A stretch of 64,000 nt of DNA from Phoronis australis (lineage: Eukaryota > Animalia > Phoronida), in the NCBI GenBank assembly GCA_002633005.1, contig NMRA01000070.1, positions 62,001 through 126,000 of the forward strand. The letters are read 5' to 3'. The translations under genes were made by a program, and so were the position numbers. The number at the start of each line of letters is the position of its first letter. Position 1 is the stretch's first letter. A model generated the notes under the pieces. The model was not told the DNA's origin. It did not search any database and was given only the letters and a program-made list of their open reading frames with translations. This document shows, piece after piece, positions 1 to 13,307 of the stretch.

Positions 1-1907
1 GCTAATTAAAATACTCTATTTATCTTAAGACAAGTTTTGTTGAATGTGACATTCCACCAGATCAGTGCTTATCTAATAATGCCATCAAAAACAAACGGAA
101 CCTGGAGTTCAACAAAACTTGTCACAAAGAAAATTTGCTGCCCAGATACTCTTCATCTTTAAGCAACTAGGAATCTTGATCAAAGAAGTATTTTACACAT
201 TTTCTGAAACTGGGAGTCATCTCATTCAAAACGCTGGACCACTGGTGAGGTCATGTGACCTGCTGGTATTATGGTTAAAATGTCAATACTTATGGTACAG
301 AGTTGAGAAAAGTCCTTCAACAATTATTACTTAGAACCATGTGCGCTTTATATGTGACATTGTCTATGAACAACAGTTGTCTTAAGGTTACTTTAAATGT
401 TATAAAGCGGCCTCCTATATCAAAAAAATAGCTTTGTCAACTAGTAAAAGTATATATTGTCTGAAAGAAAAAAGATCAGGGATTATAAAAATACATTAAA
501 TATTTATGTGCCATTACGAATATCACATTAACACCTTTTTATGTCAAAATTTAATTTTTAGGAAAGGTACATTTATACCAGAGTAACCCCTCATTCGATT
601 TTAATGAAACCTTTTTAAATGAAAACTTCACCAGTTACCTCAAAAACTCTGTTAGGAATTTTCGATTAGTCTCTTAGTTTGGTTTCTATGACAAATCAGC
701 TCGCAAAACGTATGGTATTTTTGTAAAAAATAGCACTGTATTTGTCTTTGCTTCATTACGCAAAAAGTAGGCCTTTTACATCGAAAATCCTAACAGCTTT
801 TTGAGATTGATAAATAAATATTAAGTTTGGAGAGTTTCAGTAAAATCCAAGCCTTTTTCGACAACTCACGTTCCTAAGTTCAAATGAAGTTGATTTGCCA
901 AAGTTGAAAAAAACCCGATTGAGAGGGGATACCTGAAAATCTCAAGGTCAGCAGTTAATTATTTGGTGAAAACTTGTTTTCGGTCAACATAACCTATATA
1001 TTCGCAATTCCATCATTCACTTACAATATCTACTGAATTTGCAGCATGTAATTAACTTAATTATCACTAAAATTTTACTTTTGTGACTGTCACCAGTCCC
1101 ACAGGAGAGGTCAACTGTTGACTTTTAAGTACATCAACAATTCATTGTTATACACACCATGCGCCGGGAGACTGATATGAAACCAAGTATGAAATGGACA
1201 ACAGAAATGGAGTCAGTGGTTAAAGCGGGTCGTGAGCATGAGATCGAAACAGCAAAACGTCAAGTTACCTAGCAACTTAATAATGAATTTGGGTGAGGAT
1301 TTATCTCTTTTCATAACTTACTGATATGAACACAAAGTCACAGAGATGTGTGGTGACTCGGAGCATTCATTCTCATATGCATACAGACGCACAACTCCCT
1401 CAGGATCAAATATGTTTTGTCTTCCTTTTCCCCGGCATCTGTCTATCATATGTGCACTTCGTTGACTCAATATTATAGCGACTCGTTGAGTGAAAGGACT
1501 AAGGGTACATACGGCGCTGTTTTATGCCTGGCGGGAGATTGGATTTGAGTGACAGCCCTGTAACCTTAGACCTTGGATAAGAAGTAAACAAATTTCCACG
1601 CTGTTGTGCGGTTCCATGGTGGTTCTGCTAAATCTTTTTTTTCTCGCTACACAGTACATATTTCGTATTAAAAGAACCCCGAGAATGAAGACACCGTATT
1701 TTGTCAGAAATAAGTCAAATACTGTAAACACAGCCAATGTTTGTGAATAAGGTTTGAGATATCCTTATATGACATTTCCCCTTATTCACAGTCAAAAAAT
1801 GGAAACCCTTGAACACACCCATTAACTCTCAAAACCGGTCTCAAAACTGCCCGTGCTAAACAGTTTCAATCGTCGAGTGAAACTCAGGCGTTACCTGAAC
1901 TGAGAAG

Positions 1908-2118
1908 ACAGTATGGCTCAGTGGTTTGAGCTTTGGACTCCCATTTGCGAGACCAGGGTTCAACTCCTGGCTTCACTGGCAGACTTTCAAGCATTAAACA
2001 AAAAGTGTTTCTTACTCCTCCAAGCTCAGTCTTCGCAGTGAGTGTATACAAGGGAGTGAATGAGAACCTGTGCACATAATGTGCAAGTCGGCTCTGAGGT
2101 TATACTAATAATAAAAAA
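1908..2118 (+). mobile_element. tRNA-derived SINE (degenerate)
   Basis: Pol III A box TGGCTCAGTGG (1914-1924), B box GGTTCAACTCC (1957-1967), non-tRNA body and A-rich tail. Confidence 0.6.
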
Positions 2119-4440
2119 CAAGCTGCAATTTTGGACAGGTTGACCAAGCCTGTCCCAGCTGATGGCTTCTTAGCACTATTTGTATGTGCCAAGGTAACGG
2201 TCCGTTTCAGTGGCAATGGAAAACATTTTCTATCATGACGTGAAAAGGTTTGAGACATAACTTGTGTAACGTGTAATTTTGGTAATGAGAGAAGAATTGT
2301 CTATCTAAATGTTTAACTGAGATACCTATAATCAGTGATAATTTGTTAACAAGTCACACAGAGTTCAGTGTCAATCACACTTCAGTTACTGGCGCACTAA
2401 TGAATCTACCCTGAAAGCTGGATTAATACCATCCATGTTCTGAGATTGAGGAAAGTGAATTTCGAGACATGTTACAAAGGTCAGTCTTGTCACATTGACA
2501 ATGTAGTGCCATGTAAAAACATCGCTTCTGGCAAATTACAATTTCAATGATTATTTATCGACAAAACTATAAATGGATATAAATGAGGTTCACGAGCAAA
2601 GAAATGTAAAAAAACACGGTGGTGAACGTAAAAACAAGACAAACCTATTCAGGCAAAAGAACAGTATCAATGAGAACACCGATGTCGTTAGTGGAGGAGA
2701 AAGACGGTTCACACAAGTCACTATATTGTTTTCAATACACTAACCACCTCTAATTGGGTGCAGTCAAACTAACTTCTAGACAGAATTCTGGTTTCAAGGA
2801 AGCCGGAAATAATTGGAAATTCGGTAATTTTGAAAATGCGTTGGCATTCCCAGTCACATTGGTTGGGCACAAGAATTCACCATCATAATAGCACCAGCCA
2901 TGACAGGAAATGAGTGGGAAGTCATCAGAAAGTCCGCAAGGTGAAAACGCTGTTCTGTCATTAGGATATTGCTGAAATAATGAGCCACTGACATTTTTGC
3001 CACGAATGGAATTAGCCGTCATGACAGTGGAACGGTATTTTGTGCAAATACTTTTGACGTGAAAGGCTCCTTTGGAAACTCTTGTTTTACTAAATTGACT
3101 TTGTGTACAAAAACAGCCCCTAGGTGGAGCTATCTTGCTGCCACAGTGACATGTTGTGAGAGGAAGGTTTTAGTAAGTCGCCATCTTGGCTTCAATAAAA
3201 GAAGTTCAAGAATGTTCCAACGGTCACAAGATTTTTTGATGTTTTTTTTAAGATAAAAAATTGAACATACATTTACATCATGCATCATTTTCTATGCAAG
3301 ATGACCTAGAAAGTGCCCCCATAAGGGCTATTGCCTATTTTTGTTCCGAAAATCCCCGGTACTGTTAAGCAAGTGAAAAATGGTGTTCCGATGGATTTCA
3401 ATCTCTTGTTGACCCCAAAGGTTCCTAATAGAAGTGTATTTTGAACTGAACTAATAGTCATATAGACTGAAACTGCCCTGAGAAGTGCATTGTTATCACT
3501 AAGCATCCACCCTAGGTAAGATAAGCTGTGATAAGATACTTTAATGTCTAAGCTATTTAAAACTTCACTGATCATAAAGACTAAGTTTGTGCTCAGAACG
3601 TTCAATAACATTCAATGCCCTAGAAGTGTGAAATAACAACAGACTAAAAATTCCATGCCAACATTCACCCCAAATGTCAGCTTCTTTAAGGTCGTCACAA
3701 GGCACTGCGCTATAAAAACGCAAGTTCAACCAATGTATAATTCCATTCGTTAAAGTTGGGATCAAGTCACATCATGAATATCAAATAGAAAAGGACAGCT
3801 TTAATGATCATTCATTTATACATGTGTACCAGCTTCACAAGAACGTGACTTCCATCTTCAAAGCATAATTAGAAAATAACATTTGGACATTTTTTTTTCC
3901 ATAAATTACACCCATGAGTTCATGGCTGCATTTCTAGGTTACAAAAAGGAAGTCACCGTTTAACCAACATTTGATTAGCTCGTTATATAGAAAATTGTAA
4001 TTAAATTTCTACTGTCACTAATTAATTATGCATGCACATTCATGATATGATAACAAAGTTTAGCTGACAGATGCCAATGTCAGCTTGGTATTTTTGAGTA
4101 CTTCATGACTCATGCATAATTAATTATTACCAGGAGGAAAGATGGAAACAACAGTATCACGAACCTGCCTTATATGACAAAAACTAATTTTGATTCACAC
4201 TACTGACAGCTTACGGTGAAAATAGTCTCACATTATTCCTTGGCCAAATTGGATGCGGTTTCAGGACATCAAAAGAGTTAACATTTCATTACAGCTTGAC
4301 AACAGGTTCTGCACGTCTGCTTGTCACAAGCAGACATGCCGAGCCTGTTCTAAAAGTATAGTCTGAAGGAATAACAAAAGCCAGTTCTTTGCAAACCTAG
4401 AGACTAATTCACATCTGAGTATGTAACAAGTGGAGATCAG

Positions 4441-4687
4441 GGGCCTGTTCCACAAAACTGACTTAAGTGCATTTTTTTACTTAAGTCTAAGATTTGTCTC
4501 AACTTCCACACTTTGAAACTTCCACAGCCAGTAAGTCAATCAAAATACTGACCCAACCTAAGTGAAAAGCTCGAGTCAAACTTATGATATATCTTTCTTG
4601 AAATGGATTTGAGACAAGTTTTATCTTAAAACTGGCTGAATTTTTTAAGATTTGTCTTAGCCAAGTCAGTTTTCTTGAAACGGTCCC
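4441..4687. mobile_element. PIF/Harbinger-like MITE
   Basis: TIRs gggcctgttccacaaaactgactt / aagtcagttttcttgaaacggtccc. Related fragments at 1-50, ~45058-45100 and ~45950-46073. Confidence 0.7.
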
Positions 4688-4873
4688 TAGTTTTACAGTC
4701 TGTGGTAAGTGGATTACATTAAAACTTTGCTTCTTGGACTGAACGTGGGTTTATAGCCGCCTTCACATTGAAAGATGCCTATATCATACTTCAGGTAAAA
4801 GCCACCCAATGCTGGCTTCTCCCTTTGACCTATTGACCCCTTTGCAGGCTCGTTTCAAAACAACAAGACTTAC

Positions 4874-5016
4874 ATTCTGGTGTCCATCCCTGATCAGCTT
4901 GTGCAGCACATGACAGAACTTCCAGCAGACAATGGCGTTTCCCTGGAGAGGCTGTCGCTGCATGACGCTCCAAAACATTCCGCAACCTTGCTCTTGGAAA
5001 GTACCCAAGATGGCAT
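4874..5016 (-). CDS. HIP1: HIP1/HIP1R coding exon 3 (ANTH domain); no further exons were recognised in the window
   Basis: Encodes (N)AILGTFQEQGCGMFWSVMQRQPLQGNAIVCWKFCHVLHKLIRDGHQN, containing the ANTH signature WKFCHVLHKxxRDGH. GTAAGT donor; phase compatible with exon 2. Confidence 0.95.
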
Positions 5017-6058
5017 CTGCCAATGTTGAGGAATGTAGACCAAGAAGCAGAGCAGATAAAGAAGTACTCAAAATATGATTGAAAAAGATTGCCAAAATAA
5101 AAATATGTCTACTTTAAACGTTACCTTCAAGAAACATTCATTCCAATGATGCGTGCAAAGGATTAAAATTTCTTGAGAACAACTTTTTATTGGGACAACA
5201 TATGGTAATGAACTGTGTTGTCAGATGGCAAGTATTTGGTGGACAATGTTCAATACCACCTACAGTTCACCTGGGTTTCGAATGGAAATAATTTATTACC
5301 TATAAACAAAAAATATATGAAATAATATATAAGGCTAGCTTGACAAACACACATTACCCCATCTGCTGACAAATCAGAGATAAGCCAATATTCATAAAAC
5401 AAAAAGGTTAATAATTCAATTTTTCATGTTCACAATTTCTGAAATAAAAATATTTGTCTATTTGAAAAAATGGTAACATCTATTTCATAAATGCTTCAAT
5501 CTAAGGACCCGGAACATTTATGAATCCTTGACGATAGACGTGATGCTTTCTCAAGCATTATATTTGGTTTAAACCCCAGTACACATAATCGTGATGGTAA
5601 AAGCCTCCAGCTAAAGGGTGACTTTATCACAGAAGCTCCAACAAATGGGCCTCTTTTAATCATACTTACTCTCAAAAAGGGTGCAGTTTCGTTTTACCAA
5701 CTCTCCAAATCAACAATCAGACAGGTCTTGAAATACACATATGAGTGTGGAGTGTGTGTGCACACTTGTGTGTCCTTTGTCTATTGCACACTGCTTTTGT
5801 GTTTTCAATAAATGAATAAAATAAAAAACTCCAAATAATAATTTACGAGTGACACGTATTGACCAAAATAAATAGTTGAGTAACCCTTTGGATTACAACA
5901 TCAAACATATCACTTTGTGCTTGGTATCAGAATGAAAAGAGTATCCAATTGGCAGAATCGGTATTAGCATAATACCGATACATACTGACACCCAACCCCA
6001 AGCATCATAAACTATCATTTCTCTACACCAAGACCATTGTTTGACAGCAAAAGGATAC
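5017..6058 (-). other. U12-type (minor spliceosome) GT-AG intron in HIP1
   Basis: 5' splice site GTATCCTTT. Branch motif TTCCTCAAC (5025-5033) ends ~8 nt before the intron end, with no polypyrimidine tract. Confidence 0.88.
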
Positions 6059-6122
6059 TCCTGACATGTTTCTGCTTTGTAGGCGCCTCCATTGCATTCA
6101 CAGCTTTCTGAATACTGGCACT
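6059..6122 (-). CDS. HIP1: HIP1/HIP1R coding exon 2 (ANTH domain)
   Basis: TTTCAG acceptor; encodes SASIQKAVNAMEAPTKQKHVR (cf. ISKAINTQEAPVKEKHAR). 64 nt, followed by a GTATCCTTT donor. Confidence 0.92.
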
Positions 6123-6772
6123 CTGAAACAGAATGATATCACATATAGTCGATAACAAATTATCATTCTTGTAGGTCACTTTTCTCACATAGCTTGAAAT
6201 GGCAGTTTAGAGATGTTACACTATGCAATGCTTAGTCATGAATATGAATCACTACTATCAATAATGGCAAGCAAATGTGATGCATAATTCGCCAAAAAGC
6301 TTCCGGCATATGAAGCGCCTATAGGAGCTTCACCATCTCAAGGCCGGTTGAGACGGTTGGCACTAAACCTTGTATGCTTTCTGTCTTTTAGATAACTTAC
6401 CATAATATTGTTCCTTGTTCAGTTTAGAGGTGACCTGTGGGCTTAGGACACTACAAACTGACAATTCATTACTATCTTGAAAAATTTCAGGTCACCTTGG
6501 GCCAAGAAATTTCATGAGCTTAATTGTTCCGATCAATTCCGATCTGTGAAGAAATAACAGTTCTTCCCAATAACTTGCACCCCGGTAACAGCGAGTGGTA
6601 TCAATCAAAACTAGTTTCTTGACATAAAGAATAGGTTTAATGCCGCTTTAATTGATTAAAGTCTTAAACATTAATTGGCGAAATGATTGACAGGTTGTCA
6701 ATGCAGGTCCACAGAAGTCAGAAATTTGTGAACAAGTCAACAAGTGCCAGCAATGCCACAGTTCTTTCATAC

Positions 6773-6856
6773 CTGCGTTTTTTCAAAATTCTCTCTTTCC
6801 ACTTCTAAAGTATTCTTTCTGGACCCAACATTCGTCATTTGCCGAAACGACGCCAT
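6773..6856 (-). CDS. HIP1: Huntingtin-interacting protein 1 / HIP1R (Sla2 family), coding exon 1
   Basis: ATG at 6856 gives MASFRQMTNVGSRKNTLEVERENFEKTQ, then a GTATG donor. Resembles the HIP1R N-terminus (..SLEAEREQFDKTQ). 84 nt, phase 0. Confidence 0.9.
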
Positions 6857-7544
6857 CCTCAATCTTGCTGAGAAGAAGATCCAGGAGGCGTACGCCTACA
6901 ATCAAACAAACCTCCTTTCCCGGTCGGGTTGAAAAACGACAATAACTCTGTCGGCGTGTCAAAGTTTCTGGGTCAATGATATTTAGAAGCAGGATGTGGG
7001 TATCAGCTAGCAATATTTTGCTCACTCAATAAACTAACCATAACCCCAATAATGCGAGTTTACGACGGTGGTACCAATTTTGAGAAAGTTTGCGTATACT
7101 ATCAGTACGATCTTAATTTGAAGTGATTTGGTTACGTTCTAACGACCTCAAGAAAAATGGTGTCAAGTTTTGTCCTAGAGGGAGCATTTGTTATGACAAA
7201 ATTTACCGAGTTCGTGAAAAAATGGAGCAAACGAAAGTATAAAGGGGTTTTTCAGCAGTATATCTGTTATAATACACTCCGTGTTCAACTTCTGAAAACA
7301 AATGTCACTTAAAATACAGTCGGCGCAAGTGACTTGTAAAAATTCCAACCTAATTTTTAGAAAAGTGACGTCAAAGACATGCGCAAAACTGAATGCGCGT
7401 TGAATGTCATTTGAGTCTTGTTGCGGTTGCTCTTTAGTTTGGAACTTCAGTGAGCCATCCGCTTGCTTGACAGCATAAATTATGACGAGTTGATGTTTTG
7501 GCGAGAGGAAAGGCATTTTCTCTTCTATTGGACAGGGAAGAAGA
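6857..7544. promoter_or_regulatory. Putative bidirectional promoter / 5' UTRs shared by HIP1 and SNRK
   Basis: Divergent start codons at 6856(-) and 7545(+). Locally CpG-rich, with a palindromic CRE TGACGTCA at 7366-7373 and TGCGCA/TGCGCG motifs. Confidence 0.6.
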
Positions 7545-8136
7545 ATGGCACGTAATCACAAGAAAGTGTACGAAGGCATGATTGCCGGTTTGTATGACAT
7601 CGAAGAAACGATTGGAACGGGTCATTTTGCGGTTGTCAAACTTGCAAGGCATGTTTTCACAGGAGTAAAGGTGGCCGTCAAAGTTATTGACAAAACGAAA
7701 CTTGATGAAATATCAAAAGCTCATTTATTCCAGGAAGTAAGGTGTATGAAGCTCGTTCAACACCCTCACGTTGTTAGACTTTATGAAGTGATAGATACTC
7801 AAACAAAATTGTATCTAATTTTGGAACTCGGGGATGGAGGTGATATGTATGACTACATCATGAAACACGAGACTGGAGTAGATGAAATGCTCAGTAAGAA
7901 ATACTTTAAACAAATCGTTACAGCAATATCTTATTGCCATCAGCTCCACGTCGTTCATCGGGATCTTAAACCAGAAAATGTTGTGTTTTTCCCAAAACTC
8001 GGCGCTGTTAAACTGACAGACTTTGGATTTAGTAACAAATTTATACCTGGAACTAAATTAGAAACCTCGTGTGGATCGCTGGCGTACTCCGCACCAGAAA
8101 TTTTACTCGGAGACTCTTATGATCCTCCTGCTGTTG
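7545..8136 (+). CDS. SNRK: SNF-related serine/threonine kinase, coding exon 1 (kinase subdomains I-VIII)
   Basis: [66 protein letters not shown] is characteristic of SNRK. G|GTAAGT donor. Confidence 0.97.
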
Positions 8137-9107
8137 GTAAGTTAATGCAGTTGTAGGTAATTACAGTAAAATGTTTGTAGTGGGATTTCTTTCAGCCATT
8201 GCCTGTTCTTGTGGATTCCTAGGCTTCCTCTGCAGCCAGTGGAAGTTCCAAAACATTTTGGGACCTAGGATGAATGTGTGTTCCCTATTAGTGGACATTA
8301 TCTAGTGTTCCTGTAATGGTGTGTATAATGTAATTGAAGTCAAAGTCAAACACTCAATCAGACTCAAAGTCTTCACTGACAACACATCTAAGTAGTAAAA
8401 TTGGCTTAATCGAATGAGTTAAATATCATATGCCTTAAGAGTCTTTTAAGCATGCCCTGGTTGATCCACCAACCTTTGCTACTGGCTTGTTCCACAAGCT
8501 CACGGTAATCTTCGTGGGTAACTTCGTAACTGAAAGTTGCCTTCGAGAGTCGTAGATATAATTTTTGATGGAAAATAAAGTGAACAATGTGAATGGTAGA
8601 CGTTCATACTTTATTCCATGTTTTTCTTTTGAATGTGCTACTTTTGCCCTGTAACAATCATAAAATTGTCAGTCACTTATGAAAAACGACTACTTGTATT
8701 TGTATGATGTTGGTTTCTATCGTGACCTATAATCTGCTTTTGACATGATACTACATCAACAAACAAGCATGTCTGCGATTACTCCTAAGAAAAACTCCAC
8801 ACCGGGAACACAGCAGATATTTTTGCAGCTCAAATTATCTTTCAGAAGACTAGGTTGAATTTGTCCAGTACCTGCAAAATGCCACCTCGGTCAGCTGGTA
8901 GCGACTCCAGTCTGAACTGTACTTGCCAGACACCATTTCAAATTTCACTTGCTCAACTCGCCAATTGCAACTTCAGATGCTTCTTCTTAAAAATGTTCTG
9001 ATGCTTTCTATGTTTTCAAACAGGCTTGCTCACAATTTCTGACTTCCCACTAATTTTGGGCACTGATGTATAATTTTTCACAGACTGTAAGAAGTAAAGT
9101 CACAAAA

Positions 9108-9503
9108 GTCGCTTTCCCATTGGAGGTAAAACGTTTCGGTAGGTTAGTTAATCTGCGAGCGAAACTTTGCTGAAAATAGTAGGATTTAAAAGCAAAGCTT
9201 TGGTGCTCAACGAAACTTCCATGTAGTGCAAAAGGTGAGAGCGAATCTTTGCCGAGGAGATTGGTAGAGGCTGTGAAAAATGATATACGATCCCACGAGA
9301 CTTGCAAAACGTATTCAACCCGAAATGGCAGGAGAACAATTTTCAGTTAGCCTCAAACCCACTACTCAATATGCGTTTGAGTACGAATGAACTGCATCAT
9401 CTGAATCCTTAGCGATAACTTCGATATCGCTGTCTAGTAGGAAAGGTAAGGGAAGTTTCGGCGAAGCTTCAGTAAACCGAAGTTCCCCTAGTGAGAATGT
9501 GAC
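9108..9503. mobile_element. MITE family A, copy 1 (probably PIF/Harbinger)
   Basis: Inverted termini; clear similarity to 15519-15972 and, inverted, to 49365-49760. Confidence 0.75.
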
Positions 9504-9532
9504 ATAAGATCATTTTGCCATCAAACCCAGAT

Positions 9533-9707
9533 TTGACGTATCGCAAGCTCCGCCCCCTTGCGTAATGTCGACTAAAAAACAATACGTTTTACCCAGCGAC
9601 GTGTTGTTGGTCGGGTAAAATGGAGGCTTGGAAACGAAGGTGTGTCAATAATGCTGCGTTCTAAATGGTCAGTTAAGCCGTCACTCAAAATCCTGGCGAT
9701 AGGTCAA
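9533..9707 (-). mobile_element. Short TIR element family B (Academ-like termini), copy 1
   Basis: TIRs ttgacgtatcgc / gcgataggtcaa; body matches 26218-26375 and 36845-37010. Confidence 0.7.
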
Positions 9708-12700
9708 TTGCTGGAGTACACATGTATTGTGGCATTGGCTAAGCCATGTACTACCTGTATATGGGTAAGGATGTGCAATATTACTTCATAGTAAAGTAAC
9801 TGCAATACTAAATCTGCGTATAACAATGACTTAGTGGTTTATACAGCTAAACTGTTTCATAGCCCAAGTCTTTACCATGGTCTCATAGAATCTATTGTAT
9901 CCTGTAACATCAGTTTTTGAATTACATTTCAAATGGAAACATGTGAAGACTCGTCTACTTGGGTTGGTCTAGGATTGCAAAAATATTTCTTCCATAATGG
10001 ATTCCCAATTACTCAGGCAGTCCATAACCAATGATGTTTTTATGACCAGAAGTCAAATTACTGTTAACAGTGTGGTATCTGGGAAGACATGGTTCTGCAA
10101 TAACGTATATCCTCGCTTTACATCATATCTTGACTAATGCTTTTAGTCTGGACAGGCTAATGAGATCCCAGAGCTGCTGTTGCGGTAGATTTAGTTAAAA
10201 AGAGACACCGATGCTTTCTTACTTAACGTGGGCATCCAGATACTTAGGTTTGGATACGACCTGGACTCCTGCCGGATGAAGGCCTGCCTGTGGAATATTT
10301 AGGTCAGGAACATTGAAATGAGGCACCTACAGGACATTTGTGATACTGAGTAATTTCGTTTTTCCTGACAGCATCACAACAGGAACCTCCGTTGATCACA
10401 ACTTCTCCACAACTCCATGGCAAATCCACCTGCCTTTCCCACTGACTGGGGACAGTGGGTTACTCTTAGTTCACGGATTTAAACACCAGGTGGCATATCT
10501 GAATCATACTCTCGAAATAATGGATTCGAGATGAATAACCATCTCCCGCCACTTACGATGATTGTCGCCAGATTGATCGGTGTTATTCTTTTTCAGTTTT
10601 CTGTTGTCTTATTCCTTTACGTGTGACAATTGAGAGCACGTTGAGGGATGATGTGTTTGAATGTTGATGCTAGACACCAGAGAGTCACCACTGATGAAGA
10701 TGCAGTGATGACAAACGAGTCTCGCGTGATTGAGGTCACAACCTCTAGGGTTTACTCCAGCAGAAGTGGAGCTACCTTTTCCCACCGAAGCAGAGTTATG
10801 CAACTATGCTTTTTAATCCACTTATTTTAAGAGGAGTTGCGATAGCTAATTAAGTTTGCGAGTTACATTTTCCCATTGAGCGGAACTCCGCAAAAAAACG
10901 AGAGTTGCGGTGTTGATGTGGAAGTGGTATAAAAAATGTGGGCGACCTCATCTCTGAATTGGAGATCTCAACTTTAAATTGGTGACCTCAGATTTTAACC
11001 ATCTTGCCAGATGCGACTTAATTGTTTTCTTAGCATCGCAGGTGTTTCATATTTTGCGCATGGATGAACTTACATCATAAGAATGAACGGATATTGATAA
11101 GAGATGGTTAGAAAATGTGGCTTAATTCTTACGGGTCTCACAAGTCGTATGTTACGTCAATCTCGATCTTTAGTTTGGCCTCTGATGTATAGTTATTCTC
11201 TTGTTTTTGCTTGTTATTTTGGGTATCCCTCGCACTTCTGATGGCCTTTCACATGTGCAGATATGAAACACCCCTTCCCACTCACCGAAACTCGTCACAC
11301 AGTAGGGGAGTTGCAAGGTTAGTGGGTAAGAGACATCAGACGTTGCATTTCAGTATCTAAGAACTGGTATGGTGTTATTTTTACAGAATTCATCAGTCGG
11401 TTCTCCTATTTCTAGTTACTTAAGTTATAAATATTTGTGACTAACCAGTTCCTTTTAACGGATGGATTTTCTGCCTTTCAAGGAAACTTTAAGGAATCGT
11501 CTTATTGAAAAAAATGATTGCACACTTAGGTACTGTACTCAGTAACATCCATGATCAACTTGACTAAGCATCAATGATCTCAAACAGCTATCCACTGGGG
11601 TCCCTTGGGAAAATTGATTATGAATTATGTTGGCTATAATTGAGGTCAACATCTCAGTGTATTTAGTGTTGGGGTTGATTCAGTTGTTAAGGGCTCTCTG
11701 AGCCAGCATCTTGGATACTAATTTCCAAACAAGTTTTTGCTAGGATACCAGTGATAAGCAGAGTTTTTTTATTTTCCTTTTGTCAACAAGGGGTCAAGAG
11801 AATGCTTGTGTCTGGGGGGGGGTACTCTGAGCACTTGAGTAACCCCTTTCAAATGTCCACCTTTTTCACTTAAATCTCGACATTAAGTCGAGCGCATAAA
11901 AGTGTTGTGGGGCTTTCTGTTTCAAAGGTGACCAACGTGCATAGTTATCATTTGTTTCACGCTGCCGATTGATCTTGGCTGATACTACCACACAGTTCTT
12001 ACACAAAAGCCTCCCACATTTTGAACAGAAATTATTATCAAAACTGACTGCTTCTCATATTTCAAAGACTTGTAACATCCTTGTGAATGTCCACAATTCA
12101 TCAAAACATTGTCTGGTGGTAGCAGTGGCGTAGAACTTATAGAACGTGATGAAGCTTTTGTAAGGTGCTATTCATTTCGTGTGAAATAAATGACAAATTC
12201 AACTTGTCTGCCGTTGGTTAGATTTTACGCATTACAAATCCTTTCCTTTGTTTTTATTGACCGCAGCTTTTTGCTTTGATAGACACTCTGGTTTTCTGCC
12301 TTAACGGAAACTTATTTATTTCACAATAGTTCAATAGTAGGTAGCATAATTCTAATATTTTTAGGTTTTAATTATTAAAAATTAAGATTATTATCAAAAT
12401 TGACACGTTCTGGCCACAAATGGATCAACGATCATTTTACAGCAGACATATTCAGGTAGTTCTTTATTATTTCTGAGGGTGGTGTTTTTCCTGTTTTGAG
12501 AAAGAATAAAAATGGCGTACAGCTAGTTATTGGTGAAATGGAGCTGCGTCATAATTCAGTGGAGAAAGTAATGTAATTCCTTGCTCATTACCATGTTATG
12601 TACATTTCCAGGTAACAATTTGCTGATTTTAAAATGGTAAAAATGTGTTTCTTCGACATATTTTTATCTGTTTTTTAAAAATGGAAACCAGGGTCTCAGT

Positions 12701-13243
12701 ATTCAGTTTCAGTAAGTTTCCAATATCTGGTGTTAAGCTGCAGTAGTGCCAGTCCTATCTTCAACATACCAGTACATAAATTCTCATACTCGCATAGCTT
12801 CACTAATCAATACATTCACATCCTTGGTATTCTTCAACTGTAACTCATACCTGATTCATACAGAACTTCAGTAGAACCCATTTTCCCATAAAGCCCGTGA
12901 CTTGGTGAAATACACAATGTCGCTAGATGTCAATAGTGTGGTGGGGGACAGCGCCCTGCAGTGGAATTTCCCTGCAATTTTTGTAAATTCGGTTTTTGGA
13001 CGAGTCTGTCTACTGCAGCAGCAGCACCTCCCTAGTGGTAACTAAGGATTTCCTTGCACATGGGATATAGGTTTGTATCAAAAATGTGGCATCACTTGGC
13101 TTGTTTCAGTCTGATGTGACTTTAGCAATCCCCCTAGTGGCCTTTTTATGCACCCACATGTACTTATGTGGGTGCATTTTCAGTCGACGCTGTGTCTTTC
13201 ACTGGGCAAGTTACCCTCGAACAACTCACCGATAAGGTGGGTT

Positions 13244-13307
13244 AAGTTATCATGCTTGTGTCAAGTTGTCATGCTTGTGTCAAGTTGTCATGCTTGTGTC
13301 AAGTTGT
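13244..13307 (+). repeat. 19-bp tandem repeat, ~3.4 copies
   Basis: aagttgtcatgcttgtgtc repeated. Confidence 0.9.

Noticed and set aside
322-936. Kolobok-like MITE (TTAA|GG start)
   Set aside because: The interior looks transposon-like, but the termini and TSD are too degenerate to support a call.
1908-1980. tRNA gene
   Set aside because: A and B boxes are present, but no convincing acceptor stem; it continues into a SINE-like body.
1-4870. Further HIP1 exons
   Set aside because: No segment with splice sites and ANTH similarity was recognised by eye; a short exon could have been missed.
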